Positions 1-8,749 of a stretch of 64,000 nt of DNA are shown piece by piece. The notes beneath the pieces are model-generated. The model made no database searches and was not told the DNA's origin. It worked only from the letters and a program-made list of their open reading frames with translations. The number at the start of each line of letters is the position of its first letter. Positions within the stretch are counted from its first letter, which is position 1. Source of the stretch: Candidatus Saccharimonadota bacterium (GTDB lineage Bacteria; Patescibacteriota; Saccharimonadia; Saccharimonadales; AWTP1-31); NCBI GenBank assembly GCA_026395435.1, contig JAPLYT010000006.1:31587-95586 (forward strand), in the 5' to 3' direction. The position numbers were made by a program, and so were the translations under genes.

Positions 1-469
1 CTTTTTCAGTTTCCTGGTCAGTCTCCGTAGTATTAGGACTACAAAGTTCAGACAATCTGGTGTCGAAAAGCTTGTCTCGTCCTGAACTGTCGGCGAGTAT
101 TCCACCAGCAATTGTTGAGATATTTTCGGTAAATCCAGCTGATATTTTGGATGGAATAGGCGTCCAAGCTATCATATCATCTTGATCAATTGTTGCAATA
201 CTGCTTCTTTTTGAGGCATTTTCATGTTTGCTGATTGCGATTTTGCTTGTTTTTACCGATTCTACTTCTAATTGTTCCTTGATACCAGTAAAAAACGCTT
301 CCTGATCAACCTCTACTTTGCTTAATTGCTCTAAGCTTTCAGGAAGCGTCGTAATGGATTCGTGAGGAAAAATAAATCGTTCACCAAGAGTGCCGACGAA
401 CGCTCTGGCGGTATCGTCGTATATCGGTAATTCTACAATATGCAGGTTCTTCGGTAAGGATAAGCTCAT
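1..469 (-). CDS. hypothetical protein, 3' end cut by window edge
   Basis: Hand translation of the minus strand from ATG (469..467) runs 156 codons to the window edge with no stop (MSLSLPKNLHIVELPIYDDTARAF...). It is missing from the ORF track only because it is open-ended. No recognisable motif. Confidence 0.4.
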   Translation of the reverse strand, partial: MSLSLPKNLHIVELPIYDDTARAFVGTLGERFIFPHESITTLPESLEQLSKVEVDQEAFFTGIKEQLEVESVKTSKIAISKHENASKRSSIATIDQDDMIAWTPIPSKISAGFTENISTIAGGILADSSGRDKLFDTRLSELCSPNTTETDQETEK

Positions 470-565
470 AAACGGCTATTATATAACAAATAAATTAAAT
501 TAGCAACATATTGTATTGCATGTGTATAACTAGTATTCAGTGGCTTTTCTTTTTTTGCCTATTTG

Positions 566-3310
566 TTACGACCCGACACCCATTAGACTCAACGTATGAC
601 CGGATGCGTCTTTGAATATGACCAATTGAGCTGATGCCGTGCGAGATGTTGTCCACGTAAATGTGGTTGTTTGCGAGCCTGTAGATGAAAGCGGCAATCC
701 GAATGATCGACCACCAGTATTCGCGACAAGTTGTAATCGTTCTTCTTGGTAGTTATTAGTAATAGACACTAGAGTACTAAGCGTGCTGTTACCAGAGAAA
801 TAGGCGTAGGCAAAAGCAGGCTGGGCAGTGTTCGATACACCCGAACCCGTAGACAGCGTAGTGACGCTTGATGCTCCAGAGTTGTTTTTGTCTTTAACAT
901 CGAGCGTTGGCGTTCCTACCCAGCCGGCGATCTCAGTTAATCGACAAGAAACGTTAGTAATGCCATTTGTCCATGAAATAGAAGCGGTTGTCTCACCGCC
1001 AGCCGCTATTTTGTAATATATATAGGTATAGGCTGCGCCCGTAGCACTGTTGTTATCTACTTGGGTATAGCCGGTAGGGGCTGATGTTATTGCCCCCGGG
1101 TTAGCCGAACCAAGAGTAACCGCAAATATCAGTAAGGTACCGGCGGTGGCCGTATGCCCATATGATGGTGTCACCGACATCGTGGTATTGCCAGCAGTAT
1201 TTATCTGGGCAATATCAGATGACCACGTGACATATAGCTGCGTAACTGGTGCGGTAAATATGACGTTTGTGTTGCCCGATACGTTGGTAGAGTTTGCTCC
1301 TGCGTAGAACTTATATGGCAATGATGAGTTTATATCTTGAACTGAAAGAAAATCAACAGTATCTACTGGCCCATATAAGGCTAGCTGCGCCTGCGTTCCT
1401 CCTGTCGTTGAGTTTACCGTCATCAATTTACCGGAAGTACCAATAACGTTAAAGTTTTTTACTGTTTGCACCACTAATGCGGTTAAGGATAAGGTTCGAG
1501 CGTTAGTTGCATCAGAAAAGTTAAGCGTATCAAAATAGTTAGATCCTGAGATTACTAGCGAACCCGTAGACCCCGCAACCGTATAGGTGAGAGTTCCGTA
1601 AGTTAAACCACCACCTGCCCACGTACGTGAACTTACACTGGCGTTTGATATGGTCGTAGCGCCACTATCGGTAAAAGTTAAGCCAGTTGTGGTTGTAGCG
1701 TTCCAGATTGTAGCGGCAGCAGTTGTAATGATAAACCAGTTACCTGTTTTGGTAAGTGTTCGAGTCGCTGTTCCGGTAATACTCACTGATGTAAAAGTAT
1801 GCGAATAACCACCATCTACAAATGTACCATTGTTTAATGTTAATATCCCTGAAGGAGAGGAAGTGGTGGAGCTTGAGAGAATCAGGGCATCTTGTGCGGT
1901 ATAAGTTCCGCCGGGGGCTGTAATTGCGAGACCACTATTATTAGATACCGACCAAGTTTTTCCTGCACCTGTAACGGTGTACGAACCTCTACCTCTCAAT
2001 GTCATTGTTTGGGTATTATTCATACTCCAAGTCATACCCGATGCAAGCGTAAATGAACCATAGACATTCGCTGCTGTGTTATTAGTTGCTGTTTTGTTGA
2101 AGCCGGTAAAGTTTACGTTCTTACCCATTCTTGGCATATCAATAGTCAAAGTGGTAGCAGTCGTGGTATTTACTACTACATCATCTTGAGGCAAGGGCAC
2201 ACGGCTTGTCCAAACGGTAACGTCACTCCAAGATTTTGTACCAGAGGTAAATGTCTGGGTGGCAGCGGTTGTAAATGTAATTCCCGTGTTGCCCTGACAA
2301 TCTCCCGAGTTTCCCGTTATTGCAGAGAGGTTCCAGTTTGCCGCACCGGCAGCAGTGATGTCCATCCAATCCGAATTGGAAGTGGACACCGTTGCAGCCG
2401 TTATAGTGACTGCTGTTCCAACCGTAAGTGATTGCACTAATACTCGGTTAATGGATGAGTTGCCGTTTACAGTACAAGTCCCTGTGACGGTTAGGTTGCA
2501 CCCAAGGGTAAGTGAATCTGTTTTGGCTGCAGTACCTGTTCGGTTGTAGGTCCCGACCGTTATCGTTGGAGTACTCGTAGTTCCTACTTGAGCGTTACCT
2601 GAACCAGACTGGAACAGCGTCAATCCTCCATAATTATTACCAGACGTGGCGCTTACATCAAATTGGGGTGTAGTGCTAGATTGTGTAATTGTTGCGCTAT
2701 TGGCAGTAATAGTTGTCCCCGTAGTTCTCATCGACCATGAGTTACAACTAATTGATGAGCTTCCAAGTGTAAGTGTTTTAGTCCCGGTACCGCTTGTAAA
2801 TGATGTTGGAGTCATGGCAAAACTTCCCGTATTGAACGTGCCGTTATTGAACGTAAATGTAGTACACGTTAAGGTGCTGGCCATCAGATATGACGACCCG
2901 ACACCGTCTACCGTTACACCTGGAAGCGTTTTACCGCCAGTATTTATGGATTGTTGCGTTGTGGAGGTCGATTTGAATGTAATCACGCCTTGGGCGGTGT
3001 TGGTTATGGTCGCCGTAGATCCAATCGACATAGCTATATTACCGAGCCCTACTGTTGCGTCACCAATATTTAGTAAAGAAGTGGTAGCTGCAAATGTGAG
3101 TCCGCCACCATTACTTACGGTAAATGAGCGCGCCAAGGCGGTATAGGCAGCCGGTATGGTCACCGTAAAAGGACTTGGGATAACGACATCATCGGCAGCA
3201 GTGGGAACACTCGCAAAAGCAGTTGCCCAGTTATTTGTGCTTGTTGCTGTAATGGTAGCCACTAAAGCAGTTGCCCAGTTATTTGTGCTTGTTGCTGTAA
3301 TGGTAGCCAC
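566..3310 (-). CDS. 914-aa Thr/Ser/Gly/Asn-rich fibre-like protein, no signal peptide
   Basis: Long uninterrupted ORF. The GTG start shares a base with the stop of the upstream ORF (TAGTG at 3308..3312). Strong T/S/G/N bias with a short beta-strand periodicity. The last ~170 aa are less biased and could be a binding module. The N-terminal 16 aa are duplicated (ATITATSTNNWATA x2). Confidence 0.6.
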   Translation of the reverse strand: MATITATSTNNWATALVATITATSTNNWATAFASVPTAADDVVIPSPFTVTIPAAYTALARSFTVSNGGGLTFAATTSLLNIGDATVGLGNIAMSIGSTATITNTAQGVITFKSTSTTQQSINTGGKTLPGVTVDGVGSSYLMASTLTCTTFTFNNGTFNTGSFAMTPTSFTSGTGTKTLTLGSSSISCNSWSMRTTGTTITANSATITQSSTTPQFDVSATSGNNYGGLTLFQSGSGNAQVGTTSTPTITVGTYNRTGTAAKTDSLTLGCNLTVTGTCTVNGNSSINRVLVQSLTVGTAVTITAATVSTSNSDWMDITAAGAANWNLSAITGNSGDCQGNTGITFTTAATQTFTSGTKSWSDVTVWTSRVPLPQDDVVVNTTTATTLTIDMPRMGKNVNFTGFNKTATNNTAANVYGSFTLASGMTWSMNNTQTMTLRGRGSYTVTGAGKTWSVSNNSGLAITAPGGTYTAQDALILSSSTTSSPSGILTLNNGTFVDGGYSHTFTSVSITGTATRTLTKTGNWFIITTAAATIWNATTTTGLTFTDSGATTISNASVSSRTWAGGGLTYGTLTYTVAGSTGSLVISGSNYFDTLNFSDATNARTLSLTALVVQTVKNFNVIGTSGKLMTVNSTTGGTQAQLALYGPVDTVDFLSVQDINSSLPYKFYAGANSTNVSGNTNVIFTAPVTQLYVTWSSDIAQINTAGNTTMSVTPSYGHTATAGTLLIFAVTLGSANPGAITSAPTGYTQVDNNSATGAAYTYIYYKIAAGGETTASISWTNGITNVSCRLTEIAGWVGTPTLDVKDKNNSGASSVTTLSTGSGVSNTAQPAFAYAYFSGNSTLSTLVSITNNYQEERLQLVANTGGRSFGLPLSSTGSQTTTFTWTTSRTASAQLVIFKDASGHTLSLMGVGS

Positions 3311-3311
3311 T
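3216..3311. repeat. perfect 48-bp tandem duplication (2 copies) spanning the 3310 start/stop junction
   Basis: aaagcagttgcccagttatttgtgcttgttgctgtaatggtagccact occurs at 3216..3263 and again at 3264..3311 with no mismatch. Confidence 0.9.
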
Positions 3312-3540
3312 ACAACCCGCCTAGCGCATCGGTTACGTCAGAGGCGATCTGGCTGGCAATGGGTGGCTCTATAGGTAGCAGTGGAGGCTCGGTGATTAAG
3401 GCAAGCCAGGTATTAAACCTGGCTTGAGCATCAGACTGTATCTGGCTGGCGCTCGGCACCGACCCTTGCTCATAATAGAGCGCATCACTATATTCCCAGC
3501 CACCTTGACTTACCGTAAATGGAACTTTGACTAATGCCAC
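3310..3540 (-). CDS. 76-aa hypothetical protein, coupled to the fibre-like gene
   Basis: ORF-track ORF. Stop/start overlap with 566..3310 and 4-nt spacing from the upstream ORF. No known motif. Confidence 0.45.
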   Translation of the reverse strand: MALVKVPFTVSQGGWEYSDALYYEQGSVPSASQIQSDAQARFNTWLALITEPPLLPIEPPIASQIASDVTDALGGL

Positions 3541-3543
3541 CTT

Positions 3544-3984
3544 TTAGACCTCTACGTACGTTAGGTGCCCACCAACCGCTACGGCTGCGGATAAGTTGAT
3601 ATTGAGTGCTTCACCAGAAGCTGTTTCGAAGTGTCCGGTTGGTGCGTAGGCGCCAGATACACCACCGTTAGCAGACAAGTACAACAGACCTGTTTTGTCG
3701 GTAGTGTTGCTCTGAAACTTGATGTTAACAGTGGCGTTCGTCACTACCACGTAGCTTATGACTCGAATCTTTTTGGCCGCCACGAGTGCAACTACGCTTG
3801 TATTTCCCGATGCCGATGCGGTTATGACCGCAAACTTTGGCGTAAGTGAAGATGTACCATTGTAAATTGCCGATGTCTCTTGGCTGGCCGCTGCTGGCAC
3901 TGCCGTCTGGTTCGAGGCAATAACTACAGGTGCAGAGCTGGCCATAGCAGCTTGGCCGTTGGGGTTTTGCGGGTTGTAACTCAT
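3544..3984 (-). CDS. 146-aa beta-rich hypothetical protein, no signal peptide
   Basis: ORF-track ORF, same strand and tightly packed downstream of tatC. The C-terminal half alternates hydrophobic and polar residues as in a beta-sandwich (KIRVISYVVVTNATVNIKFQ...GGHLTYVEV). Confidence 0.5.
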   Translation of the reverse strand: MSYNPQNPNGQAAMASSAPVVIASNQTAVPAAASQETSAIYNGTSSLTPKFAVITASASGNTSVVALVAAKKIRVISYVVVTNATVNIKFQSNTTDKTGLLYLSANGGVSGAYAPTGHFETASGEALNINLSAAVAVGGHLTYVEV

Positions 3985-4022
3985 ATGGATTGATTATATA
4001 TGATTTTTACCCATGCGGGAAT

Positions 4023-4937
4023 CTAACCATGAACAGTTTTGGTTGCCGATACATTCATGATGTCCATAAACATACGTGGACGGGAAGCGACAGGCTGTTC
4101 AGTAGCTAATGATTGTGGCATTACACGCGATGCAGGTCGGATAGTCTTGGCGACTTGGACTGGAGCGACTGGCTGAAGTGTAAGGGGAGGTGCCTCATAG
4201 AGCGTGAGTGTAGCGGGCATTTTGATCTCAAAGGTCGCAGCCGGTTTGTGCTTTTTATTGGTGATCAAAACAGCTATTGCACCGATTTCAAACAATACGA
4301 TGATCGGCATGGCCACAAGCATCTGATTGATCGGATCTACGGTAGGCGTGATGACGCCAGCAAAAATGATCGATCCAACGATTGCCGGTCGCTGATATTT
4401 AAGAATCGTCCCCGGAGGAAAGCGCCGGATTTTGTTAGCGAAGAACAAAATGAGTGGCAGCTGAAATGCGATAACGGTACCCGCGACATAGGCAAACAAG
4501 AATTTTACATAATCACTGACGCTTATGAGCGCCTTGACGTTGCTACTATTGAAGGTAGTCAGGAATTGGAGCGCAGCAGGAAGGCTCACTACGTAGGCAT
4601 AAATGATTGCAAGGACAACCAGCACTAATGACGATATCAAAATAACTAAAATAGACCGAGTTTTGAGGGGTTTGATGGCAGGCCGAGCGAATTGGACCAG
4701 TTGGAAAAGCAAAAGTGGCAAGGTGAATAGTACGCCGATACAGAGTGAAATCTGCATCACAAAACTAAGGCCGCCAGCAGGGTTGGAGTAGTACAAGGTC
4801 TGCCCTAGCGGCTTCTGTAGAAAACCTTCGATGGGTTTATGGATCATAAATCCGATGCCACTGCCTACGGCAAGCACTAAAAGACACGCTATCAGGCGAA
4901 TCTTGAGTTCATGCAGGTGTTCCGCAAACGTTTTCAT
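4023..4937 (-). CDS. tatC: twin-arginine translocase subunit TatC
   Basis: 304 aa with about six hydrophobic segments. It follows the TatC pattern (HLHELKIRL..., LPLLLFQLVQFARPAI, VITPTVDPINQ, LFEIG) and has an extra Pro/Ala-rich C-terminal tail. Confidence 0.85.
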   Translation of the reverse strand: MKTFAEHLHELKIRLIACLLVLAVGSGIGFMIHKPIEGFLQKPLGQTLYYSNPAGGLSFVMQISLCIGVLFTLPLLLFQLVQFARPAIKPLKTRSILVILISSLVLVVLAIIYAYVVSLPAALQFLTTFNSSNVKALISVSDYVKFLFAYVAGTVIAFQLPLILFFANKIRRFPPGTILKYQRPAIVGSIIFAGVITPTVDPINQMLVAMPIIVLFEIGAIAVLITNKKHKPAATFEIKMPATLTLYEAPPLTLQPVAPVQVAKTIRPASRVMPQSLATEQPVASRPRMFMDIMNVSATKTVHG

Positions 4938-5009
4938 TGATTTTTATCTTTATTTTATAGTTTTGATTTTAGCTATTAGCTACAGGGGGTAGTATACAAC
5001 ACGCTTACG

Positions 5010-5195
5010 CTAGTTGTCACTCTTTTTTTCAACTTTTTTAGAAGAGTCATCTTCGCCATTCATACCTTTTTTGATTTCACGTCCAAATCCACCCAAACTT
5101 CGTCCGAGTTCTGGTAGTTTTGCTGCTCCGAAAAGGAGCATCAGCACAAGTGCGATAAGTAGTAGTTCTGGCAAGCCAAGTCCGAATATTTCCAT
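5010..5195 (-). CDS. tatA: twin-arginine translocase subunit TatA/E
   Basis: 61 aa: N-terminal TM helix, FG hinge and amphipathic helix (GLPELLLIALVLMLLFGAAKLPELGRSLG), then an acidic/basic tail. Confidence 0.85.
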   Translation of the reverse strand: MEIFGLGLPELLLIALVLMLLFGAAKLPELGRSLGGFGREIKKGMNGEDDSSKKVEKKSDN

Positions 5196-5309
5196 AGTTG
5201 TTCCCTCTAATATTAGTAGCTATATGATACCACATTTTAGCAACTCGTATGCACGCTTAGTAAAGCGTAAGCATGCTATAATTGGGCCATAGATCAAGAG
5301 GTTAGACGC

Positions 5310-5513
5310 ATGCTGGGTAGTGAAAAGCTAAAAAATCTGATGGAAACACCGATGAGTCGCAAAGAATTTTTGCGCTATATGGGCATTATGTTGCTGTCAG
5401 TTATTGGTGTCGGCAATGCTATCTCTGCCCTCAGTGACAGTCACAAAAAAGCCCTCGGCCCAAGCAGCCCGCTCAAGAGAAACGGATTTGGCGGCGGAAA
5501 GTACGGGAGCTAA
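5310..5513 (+). CDS. 67-aa protein with an RK-type twin-arginine-like signal peptide and a ~27-aa Gly/Lys-rich mature part
   Basis: SD AAGAGG (5296..5301) lies 8 nt before the ATG. SRKEFLR aligns in register with the Tat consensus S-R-R-x-F-L-K, followed by the h-region YMGIMLLSVIGVG and AISA. Divergent from tatA. Confidence 0.55.
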   Translation: MLGSEKLKNLMETPMSRKEFLRYMGIMLLSVIGVGNAISALSDSHKKALGPSSPLKRNGFGGGKYGS

Positions 5514-5516
5514 GTA

Positions 5517-6221
5517 GTGCCAACTCCACAACGACTTCCATCAGTGAACGGCGATGACGGGGTATGGGGTGATATCCTCAATCAGTTTATTGGCAAAGAG
5601 CATTATGATTCCGGATCTGATAGCGCAACCAACGGAGGACACCAAAAGATAACCATCCGGGCAGGATCGGCTACAGCCGGAACAGCTCCACTTAAATTTA
5701 CTTCTGGCACTATCCTTTCCACTCCAGAGGCAGGTGCCGTCGAATTTAATACCGATCGACTTTATTTCACCCAGACAACAAGCACTACACGAAAGGTGAT
5801 TGCTGCGTTCGATGACACCAGCGGTGCAACCGGTGATTTGTATTATCGCGATGCATCAGGTAACTTCACTCGGCTTGGCGTGGGCAGTGGCGTACAAGTC
5901 TTACGTACCGTTTCAGGTTTGCCATCTTGGGGTCAAGTGATCATGGCAACCGCCAGCAAAACCTCGAGCTACACCATTACTGCCAACGACACCGTAATTT
6001 TGGGCGATGCAACAAGTGGTAACGTCACCATTACCCTCCCGCTTGCCTCAATTGCGAGTGGCTACCGATTCTTCATCAAAAAATCCGACAGTTCCGCCAA
6101 TAGTGTCATCATTACACGCTCTGGAAGTGATACTATCGACGGCTCAACGTCGGCAACTGTCACGGTCCAATATGTTTCGTTAACCGTTGTTTCCGACGGT
6201 TCTAACTGGTATATCATCTAA
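5517..6221 (+). CDS. 234-aa tail-fibre-like / surface-fibre-like protein
   Basis: GTG start 4 nt after the previous stop. An N-terminal GDDGVWGDILNQF-type motif and a C-terminal beta-rich module (ITLPLASIASGYRFFIKKSD...SDGSNWYII) recall phage minor-tail or fibre proteins. This comes from memory and is not verified. Confidence 0.5.
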   Translation: MPTPQRLPSVNGDDGVWGDILNQFIGKEHYDSGSDSATNGGHQKITIRAGSATAGTAPLKFTSGTILSTPEAGAVEFNTDRLYFTQTTSTTRKVIAAFDDTSGATGDLYYRDASGNFTRLGVGSGVQVLRTVSGLPSWGQVIMATASKTSSYTITANDTVILGDATSGNVTITLPLASIASGYRFFIKKSDSSANSVIITRSGSDTIDGSTSATVTVQYVSLTVVSDGSNWYII

Positions 6222-6225
6222 ATAT

Positions 6226-7116
6226 ATGCGAAAAATTCTTGTCGTTTTGCTCCTTATCGTGAGTATCTGTATTCCTGCGCATGCCTATGCAGAAACCAAA
6301 CTTAAGGGGCTCCAAGTATCTCCACTTCGGAGTCGCCCCGCGTTACGGCCAGGAGACACCAGCACCGGCCAGCTGTCGCTTTCTAACAATACCGATTCAG
6401 CATCTCTCGTAACGCTCTATGTAGAACGATTCCGGGTGACCGACGAAGACTACCACTATGATTTTGCACCTGGCGAACATACCGACTGGGTGCGTCTGGC
6501 CGATACCAAAATCCAGCTTAATAAAAATGAGAACAAAAAAGTAGCCTATAGTCTTGCGATCCCAAGTGATGCGCCTCCCGGTGGCTACTATTTTGCTGTA
6601 TTTGCCAGCACTGAGAGTTCCGGCTCTGGTAGCTCTTTTAAAGAAGTGAAGCGGGTAGCTTCGCTCATCTATTTAGAAGTGGGTGGCGTACTCAGCAAAA
6701 AAGTAAACCTACTGGGAACCGACGCACCTTGGTTCACCAAATCACGACAATTACGCATTGATAGTCGCCTTGCCAATCAGGGAAATACGCATGTCGAGGC
6801 CCGGCTTAAGCAATCCATCCGCCCATTCGTTGGGCCAGTGCCAGAATCGGTTCAAAAAGAAGGGCTGATCCTTCCAGGAAGTATTCGCAAACTACGTTCA
6901 ACCGTCAAAATCCCCTGGTGGCCCGGCATCTACAAACTGTCAGTAGATTATTCACCGCCGCAGGGAGGTCCCACGCAGTCCATCCGCCAAATTCTGATCT
7001 ACTTCCCTGTCTGGGCCTGGATGACGAGCCTTTTAATCTTGATACTTTTGGTTTGGCGTATTATTGGTCGAAAATTTAATCCGTCTGGGGCGCAGCGGTA
7101 TACACGACCGAGGTGA
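6226..7116 (+). CDS. DUF916/DUF3324-like cell-surface protein (signal peptide, Ig-like domain, C-terminal TM anchor), paralog 1
   Basis: I moved the start to the ATG at 6226, which gives the signal peptide MRKILVVLLLIVSICIPAHAYA. GGYYFAVF motif; C-terminal TM plus basic tail; clear paralog of 8750..9727. Confidence 0.6.
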   Translation: MRKILVVLLLIVSICIPAHAYAETKLKGLQVSPLRSRPALRPGDTSTGQLSLSNNTDSASLVTLYVERFRVTDEDYHYDFAPGEHTDWVRLADTKIQLNKNENKKVAYSLAIPSDAPPGGYYFAVFASTESSGSGSSFKEVKRVASLIYLEVGGVLSKKVNLLGTDAPWFTKSRQLRIDSRLANQGNTHVEARLKQSIRPFVGPVPESVQKEGLILPGSIRKLRSTVKIPWWPGIYKLSVDYSPPQGGPTQSIRQILIYFPVWAWMTSLLILILLVWRIIGRKFNPSGAQRYTRPR

Positions 7117-7645
7117 CATAATTTCCGGCAGGTTTTTGATTATCCAATTTAACGCCGTATGTAAAGGTTGTTGGGTCGCCGGAACTAAACGGCCCGCTTG
7201 CTGATTTAACGAGTACATTGCTGGCTGTCATTCCGATAAAGTTAGTACCCGAACCACTAGTATTGTAGCCCCATGTATTGACCGCCAAAGGCAATGAAGT
7301 TATGTTTGCGCTTGCAGGTAGTACTGCCGGGCCGTTAGTCATATCACTTGACGTCAAAGACCGTATATATAAAGTGTAGCCAACCACATCAGTTGACGTG
7401 ACAGTGACGATATTATTGCCGGTTCCTATAACGCCATTATCGTCTGGGGTAATCTGAATTGAAACATCAGCGCCCGTCGCAATCGATAAGCTTGTCTGAG
7501 AGCCGTAAGGGACGTTGGCGCCATATGTTCCTTTACCATATGGCTGTGCATATACAGCACTGTTGAACGAAAATCCGATTATACACAGAGCCATACTCAA
7601 AAATGTAATTTTGTGTACGATTTTGTGGCGAATAATGTAAATCAT
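7076..7645 (-). CDS. secreted beta-rich subunit, WxL-like or SCPU-like C-terminal strand
   Basis: ORF-track ORF 7076..7663. An internal Met start is assumed because codon 1 abuts the divergent gene. Has a signal peptide ending AVYA and ends ...AGNYVTSVVYTAAPQTD (G-x-Y then an alternating strand). Confidence 0.5.
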   Translation of the reverse strand: MIYIIRHKIVHKITFLSMALCIIGFSFNSAVYAQPYGKGTYGANVPYGSQTSLSIATGADVSIQITPDDNGVIGTGNNIVTVTSTDVVGYTLYIRSLTSSDMTNGPAVLPASANITSLPLAVNTWGYNTSGSGTNFIGMTASNVLVKSASGPFSSGDPTTFTYGVKLDNQKPAGNYVTSVVYTAAPQTD

Positions 7646-7661
7646 TGCTATCATTATAACC

Positions 7662-8681
7662 ATGTACAGTTTGAGAGTGAAAGCAAAGCGTCTTTCTTTA
7701 TGGGGATCAGCGTTCGTACTTACCGGAGTAAGTTTCTTCAGTATGGTCGTATCTGCTTCTGCAGCTCAGCTCACGACTCGTAGTTTCACCCTTGGAAGCA
7801 CTCTAGCATCGGCAGCTACTTCTTATACGCTGAACTTCACAACCGGAACTACTGCTACATTCCAATCTTTCCAGGCACAAATGTGTACGACTGCATCTGG
7901 AACATGTACGACCCCAACCGGTTTTAGTGTCAGCTCACCAGGTTCTACATTCACTTCTACGACCTTGTCTGGCTCATGGACTGTTAGCAACGCTACTGCT
8001 GGCAGCTTGCGTGCTTCGGCAACCGGTGCGTCAAGCACTACTAGTGGCGCGGCTAAGCAAATAATTTTTGGAAGTGTCACCAACCCAAGTGCTACCAACA
8101 GTACATTCTATGCCCGAATAACACTTTACTCTGACGCTGCCTGGACAACAGCTGTAGACACTGGAACAGTAGCCTCTTCAACAGCAGGTCAAATTACGGT
8201 TACAGCAAGTGTCGATGAAACACTAACCTTTACGCTCGCCAGTGCTACTGTAGCGCTTGGTACGCTCAGCACCAGTAGCACCGGTTCAGGGACTTCCACG
8301 ATGACTGCATCCACGAATGCATCAGGAGGTTATGCTATTACCGTCAACGGGACTACGCTTACCTCAGGAGCAAATACCATAGCAGCCATGGCTGCTAACG
8401 CTGCTTCTTCCCAAGGAACTGGTCAGTTTGGCATCAACTTGAAGGCAAACACGACACCAAGTGTCGGATCGAATGCAAGTGGTGCAGGTTCAGGTGTTGC
8501 TGCAACCAACTACAACACCGCTGATTCATTCCGTTTTGTCACCGGTGAAACTGTGGCATCTGCTTCTGCCGCAACCAATAGCAATACGTTCACCACTAGC
8601 TACATTGCCAACATTGGCGGAGTGCAGGCACCAGGGTCATATAGCACTACGCTGACCTATATTGCTACTGCAACCTTCTAG
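7662..8681 (+). CDS. 339-aa secreted Thr/Ser/Ala-rich WxL-like surface protein
   Basis: Signal peptide ...MVVSASAAQ. The second half follows the WxL-domain layout (VDETLTFTLASATVALGTL...GGYAITVNG...FGINL...APGSYSTTLTYIATATF) but lacks the Trp residues. Confidence 0.5.
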   Translation: MYSLRVKAKRLSLWGSAFVLTGVSFFSMVVSASAAQLTTRSFTLGSTLASAATSYTLNFTTGTTATFQSFQAQMCTTASGTCTTPTGFSVSSPGSTFTSTTLSGSWTVSNATAGSLRASATGASSTTSGAAKQIIFGSVTNPSATNSTFYARITLYSDAAWTTAVDTGTVASSTAGQITVTASVDETLTFTLASATVALGTLSTSSTGSGTSTMTASTNASGGYAITVNGTTLTSGANTIAAMAANAASSQGTGQFGINLKANTTPSVGSNASGAGSGVAATNYNTADSFRFVTGETVASASAATNSNTFTTSYIANIGGVQAPGSYSTTLTYIATATF

Positions 8682-8749
8682 AGGATAAATGCTAAATAAC
8701 TCTAGGCTACAGTGGTACAATAGGTAAGATACGTTTGAGAGGTAAATGA

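Noticed and set aside
566-6221. Calling the fibre-like genes a prophage
   Set aside because: There is no capsid, portal, terminase, tape-measure, integrase or lysis gene in the vicinity. The fibre-like composition alone is also typical of surface proteins in this kind of genome.
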